Origin: Escherichia coli
GTDB lineage: Bacteria > Pseudomonadota > Gammaproteobacteria > Enterobacterales > Enterobacteriaceae
Length of the DNA: 64,000 nt
Direction: 5' to 3' (one strand)
NCBI RefSeq assembly: GCF_016903815.1
Contig: NZ_CP069973.1
The translations under genes and the position numbers were made by a program. The notes beneath the pieces are model-generated. The model had not been told where the DNA came from, searched no databases, and saw only the letters and a program-made list of their open reading frames with translations. Of the stretch, positions 31,451 through 43,429 are shown piece by piece (the first letter of the stretch is position 1; each line of letters starts with the position of its first letter).

Positions 31451-32434
31451 ATGTCTGAAAGACATTTACCTGATGACCAGAGCAGTACTATCGATCCATA
31501 TCTAATTACCTCTGTTCGCCAGACTCTGGCAGAACAAGGCGCAGCATTACAAAACTTGTCTAAACAACTGGATTCCGGGCAGTACCAGCGTGTCCTTAAT
31601 TTGATAATGAACTGTAAAGGTCACGTTATTCTTTCGGGAATGGGTAAATCAGGGCATGTCGGTCGTAAAATGTCAGCGACGCTGGCCTCTACGGGTACGC
31701 CTAGTTTCTTTATTCATCCTGCAGAAGCTTTCCATGGCGATCTGGGCATGATTACGCCTTACGATCTTCTGATCCTTATTTCTGCCAGCGGTGAAACGGA
31801 TGAAATCCTCAAGCTAGTTCCTTCACTGAAAAATTTCGGCAACCGAATTATCGCCATTACCAATAATGGAAATTCCACGCTGGCGAAAAATGCTGATGCC
31901 GTGCTGGAACTCCACATGGCGAATGAAACCTGCCCGAATAATCTTGCACCAACAACGTCTACCACGCTGACGATGGCGATCGGCGATGCGCTGGCGATTG
32001 CCATGATCCACCAACGCAAATTTATGCCGAATGATTTTGCGCGCTATCACCCGGGCGGTTCATTAGGTCGTCGCCTGCTGACCCGCGTTGCTGATGTCAT
32101 GCAGCATGATGTTCCTGCGGTACAGCTGGATGCGTCATTTAAAACCGTGATTCAACGTATCACCAGCGGATGCCAGGGAATGGTGATGGTAGAAGACGCA
32201 GAAGGTGGGCTAGCGGGCATTATCACCGACGGTGACCTGCGTCGCTTTATGGAAAAAGAGGATTCTCTGACATCCGCCACGGCTGCGCAGATGATGACAC
32301 GTGAACCGCTGACGCTACCGGAAGACACCATGATCATTGAAGCGGAAGAAAAAATGCAAAAGCACCGCGTCTCAACGTTATTGGTGACCAACAAGGCAAA
32401 TAAAGTCACTGGCCTTGTGCGCATTTTCGACTAA
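31451..32434 (+). CDS. kpsF: Arabinose-5-phosphate isomerase KpsF (SIS + CBS domains)
   Basis: Starts MSERHLPDDQ...; SIS motif GMGKSGHVGRK; first gene of kps region 1. Confidence 0.9.
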   Translation: MSERHLPDDQSSTIDPYLITSVRQTLAEQGAALQNLSKQLDSGQYQRVLNLIMNCKGHVILSGMGKSGHVGRKMSATLASTGTPSFFIHPAEAFHGDLGMITPYDLLILISASGETDEILKLVPSLKNFGNRIIAITNNGNSTLAKNADAVLELHMANETCPNNLAPTTSTTLTMAIGDALAIAMIHQRKFMPNDFARYHPGGSLGRRLLTRVADVMQHDVPAVQLDASFKTVIQRITSGCQGMVMVEDAEGGLAGIITDGDLRRFMEKEDSLTSATAAQMMTREPLTLPEDTMIIEAEEKMQKHRVSTLLVTNKANKVTGLVRIFD

Positions 32435-32505
32435 TTAAGCAACGGGGTGCGAGAGGTTAGTCTCTCATTGAGTTTGCGCCCCACTGAAACTTTGATAATC
32501 GTTAC

Positions 32506-33654
32506 ATGTTGATAAAAGTGAAGTCTGCCGTATCCTGGATGCGTGCTCGTCTGTCTGCCATCTCACTGGCAGATATCCAAAAACACCTGGCGAAAATCAT
32601 CATTCTGGCACCGATGGCGGTGCTGCTGATCTATCTGGCTATCTTCAGCCAGCCTCGCTATATGAGCGAGTCGAAAGTCGCCATTAAACGCTCGGATGAT
32701 TTAAACAGCGGCAGCCTGAATTTTGGTCTGCTTCTGGGTGCCTCTAACCCCAGTTCCGCAGAAGATGCGTTGTATCTGAAAGAGTACATCAACTCGCCGG
32801 ATATGCTGGCGGCGCTGGATAAGCAACTAAATTTTCGTGAAGCGTTTAGCCACAGCGGGCTCGATTTTCTTAATCATCTTAGCAAGGATGAAACCGCAGA
32901 AGGCTTCCTGAAGTACTACAAGGACCGTATCAACGTCTCGTATGACGATAAAACCGGATTACTGAATATTCAGACGCAGGGCTTTAGCCCGGAATTTGCG
33001 CTTAAGTTTAACCAGACCGTGCTGAAAGAGTCAGAGCGCTTTATCAATGAGATGTCACATCGCATCGCGCGTGACCAGCTTGCCTTTGCAGAAACGGAGA
33101 TGGAAAAGGCACGCCAGCGTCTGGACGCCAGCAAAGCGGAATTGCTCTCTTATCAAGACAACAACAACGTTCTGGATCCACAGGCACAGGCACAGGCGGC
33201 GAGCACGTTAGTGAATACGCTGATGGGCCAGAAGATCCAGATGGAAGCGGATCTGCGTAACTTGCTGACGTATCTGCGTGAGGACGCCCCGCAAGTAGTG
33301 AGTGCGCGTAATGCGATTCAGTCATTGCAGGCACAAATCGATGAAGAACAAAGCAAAATCACAGCGCCGCAGGGTGACAAGCTAAACCGTATGGCGGTGG
33401 ATTTTGAAGAAATCAAATCAAAAGTAGAGTTCAACACCGAGCTGTACAAACTGACCCTGACCTCCATTGAAAAGACCCGTGTAGAAGCGGCTCGTAAGCT
33501 CAAGGTGCTGTCAGTGATCAGTTCGCCACAGTTGCCGCAGGAATCGTCTTTTCCAAATATCCCTTATTTGATCGCCTGCTGGTTACTGGTGTGCTGCCTG
33601 CTGTTCGGCACCCTGAAACTGTTGCTGGCTGTTATTGAAGATCACCGAGACTAA
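32506..33654 (+). CDS. kpsE: Capsule export inner-membrane protein KpsE
   Basis: 382-aa ORF with coiled-coil and terminal transmembrane segments; region 1 position. Confidence 0.9.
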   Translation: MLIKVKSAVSWMRARLSAISLADIQKHLAKIIILAPMAVLLIYLAIFSQPRYMSESKVAIKRSDDLNSGSLNFGLLLGASNPSSAEDALYLKEYINSPDMLAALDKQLNFREAFSHSGLDFLNHLSKDETAEGFLKYYKDRINVSYDDKTGLLNIQTQGFSPEFALKFNQTVLKESERFINEMSHRIARDQLAFAETEMEKARQRLDASKAELLSYQDNNNVLDPQAQAQAASTLVNTLMGQKIQMEADLRNLLTYLREDAPQVVSARNAIQSLQAQIDEEQSKITAPQGDKLNRMAVDFEEIKSKVEFNTELYKLTLTSIEKTRVEAARKLKVLSVISSPQLPQESSFPNIPYLIACWLLVCCLLFGTLKLLLAVIEDHRD

Positions 33655-33674
33655 CGCTGTCGCTGAATGAGTTT

Positions 33675-35354
33675 GTGATGAAATTATTTAAATCAATTTT
33701 ACTGATTGCCGCCTGTCACGCGGCGCAGGCCAGCGCGGCCATTGATATTAACGCTGACCCAAACCTTACAGGAGCCGCGCCGCTTACCGGTATTCTGAAC
33801 GGGCAACAGTCGGATACGCAAAACATGAGCGGCTTCGACAATACCCCGCCGCCCGCACCGCCGGTGGTAATGAGCCGTATGTTTGGTGCTCAACTTTTCA
33901 ACGGCACCAGCGCGGATAGCGGTGCGACGGTAGGATTCAACCCTGACTATATTCTGAATCCGGGTGATAGCATTCAGGTTCGCTTGTGGGGTGCGTTCAC
34001 CTTTGATGGTGCGTTACAGGTTGATCCCAAAGGTAATATTTTCCTGCCGAACGTTGGTCCGGTGAAAGTTGCTGGCGTCAGTAATAGTCAGCTAAATGCC
34101 CTGGTCACATCCAAAGTGAAGGAAGTATACCAGTCCAACGTCAACGTCTACGCCTCCTTATTACAGGCGCAGCCAGTAAAAGTGTACGTGACCGGATTTG
34201 TGCGTAATCCTGGTCTGTATGGCGGTGTGACGTCTGATTCGTTACTCAATTATCTGATCAAGGCTGGCGGCGTTGATCCAGAGCGCGGAAGTTACGTTGA
34301 TATTGTGGTCAAGCGCGGTAACCGCGTGCGCTCCAACGTCAACCTGTACGACTTCCTGCTGAACGGCAAACTGGGGCTTTCGCAGTTCGCCGATGGTGAC
34401 ACCATCATCGTCGGGCCGCGTCAGCATACTTTCAGCGTTCAGGGCGATGTCTTTAACAGCTACGACTTTGAGTTCCGCGAAAGCAGCATTCCCGTAACGG
34501 AAGCTTTGAGCTGGGCGCGCCCTAAGCCTGGCGCGACTCACATTACGATTATGCGTAAACAGGGGCTACAAAAACGCAGCGAATACTATCCGATCAGTTC
34601 TGCGCCAGGCCGTATGTTGCAAAATGGCGATACCTTAATCGTGAGCACTGACCGCTATGCCGGCACCATTCAGGTGCGGGTTGAAGGCGCACACTCCGGT
34701 GAACATGCCATGGTACTGCCTTATGGTTCCACTATGCGTGCGGTTCTGGAAAAAGTCCGCCCGAACAGCATGTCGCAGATGAACGCGGTTCAGCTTTATC
34801 GCCCATCAGTGGCTCAGCGTCAGAAAGAGATGCTGAATCTCTCGCTGCAAAAGCTGGAGGAAGCCTCACTTTCTGCCCAGTCATCCACCAAAGAAGAAGC
34901 CAGCCTGCGAATGCAGGAAGCACAACTGATCAGCCGCTTTGTGGCGAAAGCACGCACCGTGGTTCCGAAAGGTGAAGTGATCCTCAACGAATCCAATATT
35001 GATTCTGTTCTGCTTGAAGATGGCGACGTCATCAATATTCCGGAGAAAACATCGCTGGTTATGGTTCATGGCGAAGTGCTGTTCCCGAACGCGGTGAGCT
35101 GGCAGAAGGGTATGACCACCGAGGATTACATCGAGAAATGTGGTGGCCTGACGCAAAAATCGGGTAACGCCAGAATTATCGTCATTCGTCAGAACGGTGC
35201 TGCCGTCAACGCGGAAGACGTGGATTCACTCAAGCCGGGCGATGAGATTATGGTTCTACCGAAATATGAATCGAAAAATATTGAAGTTACCCGTGGTATT
35301 TCCACCATCCTCTATCAGCTGGCGGTGGGTGCAAAAGTGATTCTGTCTTTGTAA
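33675..35354 (+). CDS. kpsD: Capsule export periplasmic/outer-membrane protein KpsD
   Basis: 559-aa ORF with signal peptide; region 1 position. Confidence 0.9.
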   Translation: MMKLFKSILLIAACHAAQASAAIDINADPNLTGAAPLTGILNGQQSDTQNMSGFDNTPPPAPPVVMSRMFGAQLFNGTSADSGATVGFNPDYILNPGDSIQVRLWGAFTFDGALQVDPKGNIFLPNVGPVKVAGVSNSQLNALVTSKVKEVYQSNVNVYASLLQAQPVKVYVTGFVRNPGLYGGVTSDSLLNYLIKAGGVDPERGSYVDIVVKRGNRVRSNVNLYDFLLNGKLGLSQFADGDTIIVGPRQHTFSVQGDVFNSYDFEFRESSIPVTEALSWARPKPGATHITIMRKQGLQKRSEYYPISSAPGRMLQNGDTLIVSTDRYAGTIQVRVEGAHSGEHAMVLPYGSTMRAVLEKVRPNSMSQMNAVQLYRPSVAQRQKEMLNLSLQKLEEASLSAQSSTKEEASLRMQEAQLISRFVAKARTVVPKGEVILNESNIDSVLLEDGDVINIPEKTSLVMVHGEVLFPNAVSWQKGMTTEDYIEKCGGLTQKSGNARIIVIRQNGAAVNAEDVDSLKPGDEIMVLPKYESKNIEVTRGISTILYQLAVGAKVILSL

Positions 35355-35363
35355 GGAGTTGAA

Positions 35364-36104
35364 ATGAGCAAAGCTGTTATTGTCATCCCGGCTCGTTATG
35401 GCTCATCGCGTCTGCCGGGTAAGCCGCTACTCGATATTGTCGGCAAACCGATGATCCAGCATGTTTACGAGCGTGCGTTACAGGTGGCGGGCGTCGCAGA
35501 AGTTTGGGTGGCAACAGACGATCAGCGTGTTGAAAAGGCCGTGCAGGCATTTGGCGGGAAAGCCATTATGACGCGCAACGATCATGAATCCGGCACCGAT
35601 CGGCTGGTCGAGGTGATGCATAAAGTCGAGGCAGATATCTACATTAACCTGCAGGGCGACGAACCAATGATTCGCCCGCGGGATGTAGAAACGCTGCTAC
35701 AAGGAATGCGTGATGATCCTGCGTTGCCAGTGGCAACGCTATGCCACGCGATTTCTGCCGAAGAAGCGGCTGAGCCAAGCACGGTAAAAGTGGTGGTAAA
35801 TACCCGCCAGGATGCGCTTTATTTCAGCCGTTCGCCTATTCCGTATCCGCGTAATGCTGAAAAAGCGCGCTACCTGAAACACGTTGGTATTTACGCTTAT
35901 CGTCGCGATGTGCTGCAAAACTACAGCCAGTTACCGGAGTCCATGCCGGAGCAGGCGGAATCACTGGAGCAGCTGCGGTTGATGAGCGCGGGGATCAACA
36001 TCCGCACATTTGAGGTTGCCGCAACCGGTCCGGGCGTCGACACCCCAGCATGCCTGGAAAAAGTGCGCGCCCTGATGGCACAGGAACTGGCTGAAAACGC
36101 ATGA
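35364..36104 (+). CDS. kpsU: CMP-Kdo synthetase KpsU (KdsB paralog)
   Basis: 246-aa [41 protein letters not shown]..., CMP-Kdo synthetase pattern. Confidence 0.92.
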   Translation: MSKAVIVIPARYGSSRLPGKPLLDIVGKPMIQHVYERALQVAGVAEVWVATDDQRVEKAVQAFGGKAIMTRNDHESGTDRLVEVMHKVEADIYINLQGDEPMIRPRDVETLLQGMRDDPALPVATLCHAISAEEAAEPSTVKVVVNTRQDALYFSRSPIPYPRNAEKARYLKHVGIYAYRRDVLQNYSQLPESMPEQAESLEQLRLMSAGINIRTFEVAATGPGVDTPACLEKVRALMAQELAENA

Positions 36105-38128
36105 TTGGCATTTACTCGCCTGGCATCTGGCGTATTCCGCATCTGGAGAAATTTCTGGCGCAACCGTGCCAGAAACTTTCTCTGCTGCGCCCTGTTCCGC
36201 AAGAAGTTGATGCTATCGCCGTGTGGGGACATCGTCCCAGCGCGGCGAAACCAGTCGCCATCGCCAAAGCAGCGGGAAAACCCGTCATTCGTCTGGAAGA
36301 TGGATTTGTGCGTTCGCTGGATCTTGGCGTCAATGGCGAGCCGCCGCTTTCTCTGGTGGTGGATGATTGTGGCATTTACTACGATGCCAGCAAGCCTTCA
36401 GCACTGGAGAAACTGGTACAGGATAAAGCCGGAAATACAGCTCTGATAAGCCAGGCCAGAGAAGCGATGCACACCATCGTGACCGGGGATTTGTCGAAAT
36501 ATAACCTGGCACCTGCGTTTGTGGCTGATGAGTCAGAACGTTCAGACATCGTTCTGGTTGTCGATCAGACATTTAATGATATGTCAGTGACGTATGGCAA
36601 TGCTGGCCCGCATGAGTTTGCTGCCATGCTGGAAGCCGCGATGGCGGAAAATCCTCAAGCCGAAATTTGGGTGAAGGTGCATCCGGATGTCCTGGAAGGA
36701 AAGAAAACAGGTTATTTCGCTGATCTGTGCGCCACGCAACGAGTACGTTTGATTGCCGAGAATGTCAGCCCGCAGTCGCTGTTGCGACACGTTTCCCGGG
36801 TTTACGTCGTGACCTCCCAATATGGCTTTGAAGCCTTGCTGGCAGGAAAACCAGTAACATGCTTCGGCCAGCCCTGGTATGCAGGTTGGGGCTTAACCGA
36901 CGATCGTCATCCACAGTCCGCTTTGTTATCTGCCCGACGCGGTTCTGCCACGCTGGAGGAACTTTTTGCCGCTGCATACCTGCGTTACTGTCGCTATATC
37001 GATCTGCAAACGGGAGAAGTAAGCGATCTATTTACCGTGCTGCAATGGCTGCAATTACAACGTCGACATCTGCAACAGCGTAATGGTTATTTATGGGCGC
37101 CAGGCTTAACGCTGTGGAAGTCAGCGATCCTGAAACCTTTCTTGCAAACGGCAACAAACCGGCTGAGTTTTTCACGTCGTTGTACTGCGGCGAGCGCCTG
37201 CGTGGTATGGGGTGTAAAGGGAGAACAGCAATGGCGAGCCGAAGCGCAACGAAAATCACTGCCGTTATGGCGAATGGAAGATGGTTTTCTGCGTTCATCC
37301 GGACTTGGCTCTGACCTTTTGCCGCCGCTATCGTTGGTCCTGGATAAACGCGGGATCTACTATGACGCCACGCGCCCCAGCGACCTGGAAGTGCTGCTTA
37401 ATCACAGCCAGTTAACACTGGCGCAGCAGATGCGAGCTGAGAAGTTGCGGCAACGGGTGGTTGAAAGCAAACTGAGCAAATACAACCTGGGGGCCGATTT
37501 CTCTCTGCCTGCCGAAGCCCAAGATAAAAAAATCATCCTGGTGCCGGGTCAGGTAGAAGACGATGCCTCTATTAAAACAGGCACTGTCTCGATTAAGAGC
37601 AACCTTGAGTTATTACGCACAGTACGCGAGCGTAATCCGCACGCCTACATTGTTTATAAACCGCACCCGGATGTACTGGTGGGGAATCGCAAGGGCGATA
37701 TTCCGGCAGAACAGATTGCTGAACTTGCTGATTATCAGGCACTGGACGCCGATATTATTCAATGCATTCAGCGCGCAGATGAAGTGCATACCATGACGTC
37801 GCTGTCGGGGTTTGAAGCGTTATTACATGGCAAGCACGTACATTGTTACGGCCTGCCCTTCTATGCCGGTTGGGGTTTAACCGCTGATGAACATCGCTGC
37901 CCGCGTCGCGAGCGAAAATTAACGTTAGCGGATTTGATCTATCAGGCGCTGATTGTTTATCCAACCTATATCCACCCAACACGGCTACAACCTATTACGG
38001 TAGAAGAAGCTGCGGAATATTTAATCAAGACGCCGCGCAAGCCGATGTTTATTACCCGAAAAAAAGCGGGGCGAGTCATACGCTATTACCGCAAATTAAT
38101 TATGTTCTGCAAGGTCAGATTTGGCTAA
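36101..38128 (+). CDS. kpsC: Capsule Kdo-linker transferase KpsC
   Basis: 675-aa ORF with internal duplication (two similar halves); region 1 position. Confidence 0.9.
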   Translation: MIGIYSPGIWRIPHLEKFLAQPCQKLSLLRPVPQEVDAIAVWGHRPSAAKPVAIAKAAGKPVIRLEDGFVRSLDLGVNGEPPLSLVVDDCGIYYDASKPSALEKLVQDKAGNTALISQAREAMHTIVTGDLSKYNLAPAFVADESERSDIVLVVDQTFNDMSVTYGNAGPHEFAAMLEAAMAENPQAEIWVKVHPDVLEGKKTGYFADLCATQRVRLIAENVSPQSLLRHVSRVYVVTSQYGFEALLAGKPVTCFGQPWYAGWGLTDDRHPQSALLSARRGSATLEELFAAAYLRYCRYIDLQTGEVSDLFTVLQWLQLQRRHLQQRNGYLWAPGLTLWKSAILKPFLQTATNRLSFSRRCTAASACVVWGVKGEQQWRAEAQRKSLPLWRMEDGFLRSSGLGSDLLPPLSLVLDKRGIYYDATRPSDLEVLLNHSQLTLAQQMRAEKLRQRVVESKLSKYNLGADFSLPAEAQDKKIILVPGQVEDDASIKTGTVSIKSNLELLRTVRERNPHAYIVYKPHPDVLVGNRKGDIPAEQIAELADYQALDADIIQCIQRADEVHTMTSLSGFEALLHGKHVHCYGLPFYAGWGLTADEHRCPRRERKLTLADLIYQALIVYPTYIHPTRLQPITVEEAAEYLIKTPRKPMFITRKKAGRVIRYYRKLIMFCKVRFG

Positions 38129-38162
38129 ACAATTTCATGGTTGACTATTACGCAAATTATTT

Positions 38163-39395
38163 ATGCAAGACAACGCACTAACCATTTTATTATCGGGTAA
38201 AAAATATCTGCTATTGCAGGGACCGATGGGACCTTTTTTCAATGACGTCGCCGAATGGTTAGAGTCATTAGGCCGTAACGCTGTGAATGTTGTCTTCAAC
38301 GGCGGGGATCGTTTTTACTGCCGCCATCGACAATACCTGGCTTACTACCAAACGCCGAAAGAGTTTCCCGGTTGGCTGCGAGATCTCCAACGACAATATG
38401 ACTTTGATACCATCCTCTGTTTTGGTGACTGCCGCCCATTGCACAAAGAAGCAAAACGCTGGGCAAAGTCGAAAGGGATCCGCTTTCTGGCATTTGAAGA
38501 AGGATATTTACGCCCGCAATTTATAACCGTTGAAGAAGGCGGAGTGAACGCATATTCATCGCTACCGCGCGATCCGGATTTTTATCGTAAGTTGCCAGAT
38601 ATGCCTGCGCCGCACGTTGAGAACTTAAAACCTTCAACGATGAAACGTATAGGTCATGCGATGTGGTATTACCTGATGGGCTGGCATTACCGTCATGAGT
38701 TCCCTCGCTACCGCCACCACAAATCATTTTCCCCCTGGTATGAGGCTCGTTGCTGGGTTCGTGCATACTGGCGCAAACAACTTTACAAGGTAACACAGCG
38801 TAAGGTATTACCGAGGTTAATGAACGAGTTGGATCAACGTTATTATCTTGCCGTTTTGCAGGTATATAACGATAGCCAGATTCGTAACCACAGCAGTTAT
38901 AACGATGTACGTGACTATATTAATGAAGTCATGTACTCATTTTCGCGTAAAGCGCCGAAAGAAAGTTATTTGGTGATCAAACATCATCCGATGGATCGTG
39001 GTCACAGACTCTATCGACCATTAATTAAGCGGTTAAGTAAGGAATATGGCTTAGGTGAGCGAGTCATATACGTGCACGATCTCCCAATGCCGGAATTATT
39101 ACGCCACGCAAAAGCAGTAGTGACAATTAACAGTACGGCAGGGATCTCTGCGCTGATTCATAACAAACCACTCAAAGTGATGGGCAATGCCCTGTACGAC
39201 ATCAAGGGATTGACGTATCAAGGGCATTTGCACCAGTTCTGGCAGGCCGATTTTAAACCGGATATGAAACTGTTTAAGAAGTTTCGGGGGTATTTATTGG
39301 TGAAGACGCAGGTTAATGGGGTTTATTATGGGGAGATGGTTTTTAACAAGATAAAACTGGATGAATATTTTCAGAGCGTGTCGTGTCAAGTATGA
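38163..39395 (+). CDS. kpsS: Capsule Kdo-linker transferase KpsS
   Basis: 410-aa ORF following kpsC. Confidence 0.9.
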   Translation: MQDNALTILLSGKKYLLLQGPMGPFFNDVAEWLESLGRNAVNVVFNGGDRFYCRHRQYLAYYQTPKEFPGWLRDLQRQYDFDTILCFGDCRPLHKEAKRWAKSKGIRFLAFEEGYLRPQFITVEEGGVNAYSSLPRDPDFYRKLPDMPAPHVENLKPSTMKRIGHAMWYYLMGWHYRHEFPRYRHHKSFSPWYEARCWVRAYWRKQLYKVTQRKVLPRLMNELDQRYYLAVLQVYNDSQIRNHSSYNDVRDYINEVMYSFSRKAPKESYLVIKHHPMDRGHRLYRPLIKRLSKEYGLGERVIYVHDLPMPELLRHAKAVVTINSTAGISALIHNKPLKVMGNALYDIKGLTYQGHLHQFWQADFKPDMKLFKKFRGYLLVKTQVNGVYYGEMVFNKIKLDEYFQSVSCQV

Positions 39396-39656
39396 AATAT
39401 AATAATAAACAACACAAAACAATTATTAAAATGATGCCATTTTAATGTTACAAATATAAACAACACCCATCCACAAGCCAAGTTAAAAATCCAAGATATA
39501 ATTTTGTTATTATCTATAAATAATACAAGTATAATCTATACGCTAATCAATTATTTTTGTAGAAAATTTATTTTATTAGTATTTACACGAAAATATGACG
39601 AAGTTATTAGCATTACACATTTATAATCATCAAATATGAAAATATTGTTACTATCA

Positions 39657-40655
39657 TCACTCCTCAATAAGTTTATCTAAAGGAATATAATATAATTGAG
39701 CAAATCTTTTTTTATGATCCCCAAGAGCAAACATGATAACCAATGATTTTGATTTGCGATCAATAGCTAAACCTTCAGGTTCCCAATGTTTTTCTTTGCC
39801 ACTGTTAAGAGAATCTTTTTTCCCTACTGTTACATTATTAAACTTTCTTACAAGCTCTCCTTTTAACGTGTAAATATAGATTCTTTTGTTTTCTCTATTC
39901 CCTCCCCCACTCAACAAATATATATATTTATTATCAGCGGTAATGGCTTGCAATACATAATTATCATTGGTTAAACCTGCATCGATAAACCATTCTATAT
40001 TTTGTTCTGATGAAATATCACTCTCGATTCGAAAGTTAACTTCTTCACTATTATAGACTCTTAATAAGTCTCTACCATTCAACTTACTTCTTACTATTAA
40101 ATATTTAGCATCTAAGGTTAAAACAGGCATTGTACTAACACGAGTATTATATGGTCTATCGAATATTTTTATAATTTTCATCTCATAAGGAAAAGAAAAA
40201 TCATTGTATTTAAAATATGTAACAAACCATCCTTTGTTAGCAAAGGCATTTCCCGCAGACGTTATTACCCCCCCCTCAAAAGGATCAAACCCAATTCCTT
40301 GATGCCCAATAAATTCAGTGGGTTTTTGAAATGACAATGCTACAGCTTTTCTTTTTTTTGTTGTTAATGAGAATCTATTTATAACTCCTTTTTCGGGTTT
40401 CCCTGTGGTATGTAAAGTATAAATATCAGAACTAAATCTATCAATCACGACTCCTTGAACAATATTATTTTTACCCTCGCCATCCCTATATAATCTCACT
40501 TTTCTCGTAACAATATCATCATTTAAATGAGAAATAAAATTAGCCAAAGGTATATTTGTTGCAGATGATGAATTATGCAACAACATTAATATCAAAAAAA
40601 ATAAATTTATATACTTCAAACACATTGAAAATTTTTCATATGAACCGATTAGCAT
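39657..40655 (-). CDS. kps region 2 hypothetical protein (AT-rich, function unknown)
   Basis: 332-aa ORF in low-GC serotype-specific region. Confidence 0.5.
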   Translation of the reverse strand: MLIGSYEKFSMCLKYINLFFLILMLLHNSSSATNIPLANFISHLNDDIVTRKVRLYRDGEGKNNIVQGVVIDRFSSDIYTLHTTGKPEKGVINRFSLTTKKRKAVALSFQKPTEFIGHQGIGFDPFEGGVITSAGNAFANKGWFVTYFKYNDFSFPYEMKIIKIFDRPYNTRVSTMPVLTLDAKYLIVRSKLNGRDLLRVYNSEEVNFRIESDISSEQNIEWFIDAGLTNDNYVLQAITADNKYIYLLSGGGNRENKRIYIYTLKGELVRKFNNVTVGKKDSLNSGKEKHWEPEGLAIDRKSKSLVIMFALGDHKKRFAQLYYIPLDKLIEE

Positions 40656-41037
40656 AATATTAGATTATACCAAATAAACGCACTAACCAAACTTGAATTT
40701 AAAAACACAGTTCACAACTTAAGAAGCACTATTTTAAACACATTGATAAAACAATGAAAATCCCGCAAACACTCTAATTATTAAAATACATAAAAATAAA
40801 AATCGTTATAAAAAAAGTTATAATCCATCAAAAACAAAAAAATGCACATAAAATATTTCTGTTTAAGAAGATGTTATAAATACAATATTTAATTCATCAA
40901 ATGTTTTTCTATTGGCAATTTACTAAACTGTATTTACAGTATAAAAAATACTAAATACATTTCCACATCAGAGGTGATCACAAAACAACCACCTCTTGCA
41001 GTCATATTTTTTACATCTGCATGGTTTTTAATATTAA

Positions 41038-42204
41038 TTATGAAAAATAAGTTTCATACCTTTTTTTATATGTTTCACTTTCAGGGGATAGACTATATGC
41101 CATTTGGGCCATTTTTTTTGCATCTTCCAATAACCCTTTCCTTTCATATATTAGAGATAGATTATAATACGAGCCAGCAGATGAAGGCATTAAAGATATA
41201 TATTCATAGAAATGCTGTATTGCCTGATCATATTTTTTTGACATCCTTAATGACTTTGCCAAATTATATTTAGCTGTTGTAAAATGTGGCGAAATACCGG
41301 CAACAAAAGCAAACTGCTCTACAGCTAAAGTATAGTTCTTGAGCTCCATATTTACTAAAGCAGAAATAAATATAGCAGGTTCGAGTAAAGGTTCAGCCAA
41401 CAAAGCTTCCCTGATTAAAGATTGAGCAGTGGAAAAATCTTTGTTGACAAATGCCTGGTAAGACAGGAATATATTTTTTGATAAGATTTTATTATGGCAA
41501 AGATTATTAATCTCTTTAATTTCGGGAAGTGTGTTATTTTCCACAAAAAAGGTTATTATATTAGGCATTCCATATCTTTTATCTATAAACCGCCCCACAC
41601 CATGTGTTACTCCTCGAACGGAATACGCTTTAACATTTTTAAGATCTGAAATCCTACTCAATGAAAGTAAATCAGGAAAATCCATTTCCCCACTTAATGC
41701 TGTGATTCTACATTTAGAGTTTTTTATAATTGGGCGTAGATTCTTATATATAATTTTTGTCTTTTTAGGAATTCTTTTAGCACTACGGCTCAAGGGATAT
41801 TTTAGTACCGTGTCAAAGCTAAAGGCTAACACACGACAATCCAGAAGAGCGCCAAATAATGAAGCTGCATATCCTCCCATACTGACGCCTATTGTTATAA
41901 TCTCGTCACAACCTAGTTGTTCAGAAATATATTTTATTTTTTCTATTGTTTCTGATATTGAAGAACTAAACCCTGGAATACTATCTTGGTACCATTCATT
42001 TTTACCATTGTTAATTAACAAAATATTATATGGCAGTTCATCTGCTGATTTCCAAAAATCAAAGCGGCCATCTTTTTTATCTGTACCAGAAAAAAAGACG
42101 AGCAATTTATTAGACGTTTTTTTAATCAGTCTATGAGAAACCCCATGCTCATTTATATTTAATTGTAAATTCATATTTTTATTATCTAAAGTCATGATAT
42201 ACAT
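41038..42204 (-). CDS. kps region 2 protein: alpha/beta-hydrolase-like N-terminal part with C-terminal TPR-like repeats
   Basis: 388-aa ORF; GVSMGGYAAS nucleophile-elbow-like motif; helical repeats at C-terminus. Confidence 0.5.
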   Translation of the reverse strand: MYIMTLDNKNMNLQLNINEHGVSHRLIKKTSNKLLVFFSGTDKKDGRFDFWKSADELPYNILLINNGKNEWYQDSIPGFSSSISETIEKIKYISEQLGCDEIITIGVSMGGYAASLFGALLDCRVLAFSFDTVLKYPLSRSAKRIPKKTKIIYKNLRPIIKNSKCRITALSGEMDFPDLLSLSRISDLKNVKAYSVRGVTHGVGRFIDKRYGMPNIITFFVENNTLPEIKEINNLCHNKILSKNIFLSYQAFVNKDFSTAQSLIREALLAEPLLEPAIFISALVNMELKNYTLAVEQFAFVAGISPHFTTAKYNLAKSLRMSKKYDQAIQHFYEYISLMPSSAGSYYNLSLIYERKGLLEDAKKMAQMAYSLSPESETYKKRYETYFS

Positions 42205-42232
42205 CCATTTTTTTAAAAATTGATAAGTAACT

Positions 42233-43423
42233 TTACACTTTTAACTTTCTAGAAAATAAATTTTTCGCTTTTCTGTAAAATGGTAGTTTTTTATTCTTAA
42301 TGGATTTTTCAAGTTTATTCAGCTTTGGCTTACATGTTCGAAGCTCTTGCACAGTCTCTCTAACATAGAGCTGCGTTTGTGTTAGTGGCGGAATTAACCC
42401 ATTATATAGTTTTTTTATATAGTTAATACATAGCTGTGAAGCATTTACCTCTTTATCTACGTAAAAAAGACTTTCACGAAGATTTGATGCTCTTAATACA
42501 ATATCTTGACAGTTATTGAGACAGTGAATTATGGATGGTTCAAAATCAGAAAGACTAGTGCAAACATAACCTATCTCGTCTCTATGTTTAAACTCTAAAG
42601 ATGTAAGATCAAATTTTTGAATACCTATTTTGTTTTTCAATCCAGCTTGATATAGAAGAATAGGTTTTTCTGCATACATACCGTCAAATATAGCCCCAGA
42701 AAAATCACTTATAATCAAATCTGCCGCACAAAGCAATTTTAATTGGTCCGCAGAACCATCGTAAACATGTTTTAAGTTTGCTTTATTTGCAGAATCTACC
42801 CATTCAGGTATTTTTGCATCATTATTGTGATGCATCTTTAATATAAGATTATATTTTGATTGTAACCGAGATATTGTATCCAGAAGTTCAAAATATGAAC
42901 CCAACTCCCCCCAAGTAGGCATGTAAAGCAATGTCTTTTTGGTTATATCTAATTTTAATTCTTTATAAAGCTCTTCTCTATTTGAGTACTTTTGTTTGTA
43001 CTCTAACCAATTATCAAACTTTGGATTTCCAACAGGATAGGATGGCGCATAGTGAGAAACAATATTAGATGAATAGTCACCATACATTAAATTCATGTCA
43101 GCAAGAGAACGCCATTCACCATAATTATGGCGCTCCTTTGCTAAACCATATTGTATTGAAACTAATTTACTATTTTTAATTTTCTCAATACCAGGAAAAG
43201 CCGACTGAAAAAGTAAGATATCATGAGTCCCATCAATAACGGGAACATCATGGGGCTCAATATACACTACATTCCATGATTTGTTATTAATTAACTTCTT
43301 GGGAAACAAGGCAAGGTTATTGTTTTTCCTAATAATAAAAATAGTTGGTTTTTCTAATTTTAATGCAATAGATTTGAATTGAATCAACTGGAATGGATTC
43401 CAGATTATAAATCCTACTTTCAT
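42233..43423 (-). CDS. CDP-glycerol glycerophosphotransferase (TagF/TagB-like), capsule polymerase candidate
   Basis: 396-aa ORF with TagF-like C-terminal region (LLYMPTWGE..., ISDFSGAIFDG). Confidence 0.65.
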   Translation of the reverse strand: MKVGFIIWNPFQLIQFKSIALKLEKPTIFIIRKNNNLALFPKKLINNKSWNVVYIEPHDVPVIDGTHDILLFQSAFPGIEKIKNSKLVSIQYGLAKERHNYGEWRSLADMNLMYGDYSSNIVSHYAPSYPVGNPKFDNWLEYKQKYSNREELYKELKLDITKKTLLYMPTWGELGSYFELLDTISRLQSKYNLILKMHHNNDAKIPEWVDSANKANLKHVYDGSADQLKLLCAADLIISDFSGAIFDGMYAEKPILLYQAGLKNKIGIQKFDLTSLEFKHRDEIGYVCTSLSDFEPSIIHCLNNCQDIVLRASNLRESLFYVDKEVNASQLCINYIKKLYNGLIPPLTQTQLYVRETVQELRTCKPKLNKLEKSIKNKKLPFYRKAKNLFSRKLKV

Positions 43424-43429
43424 ATTTAT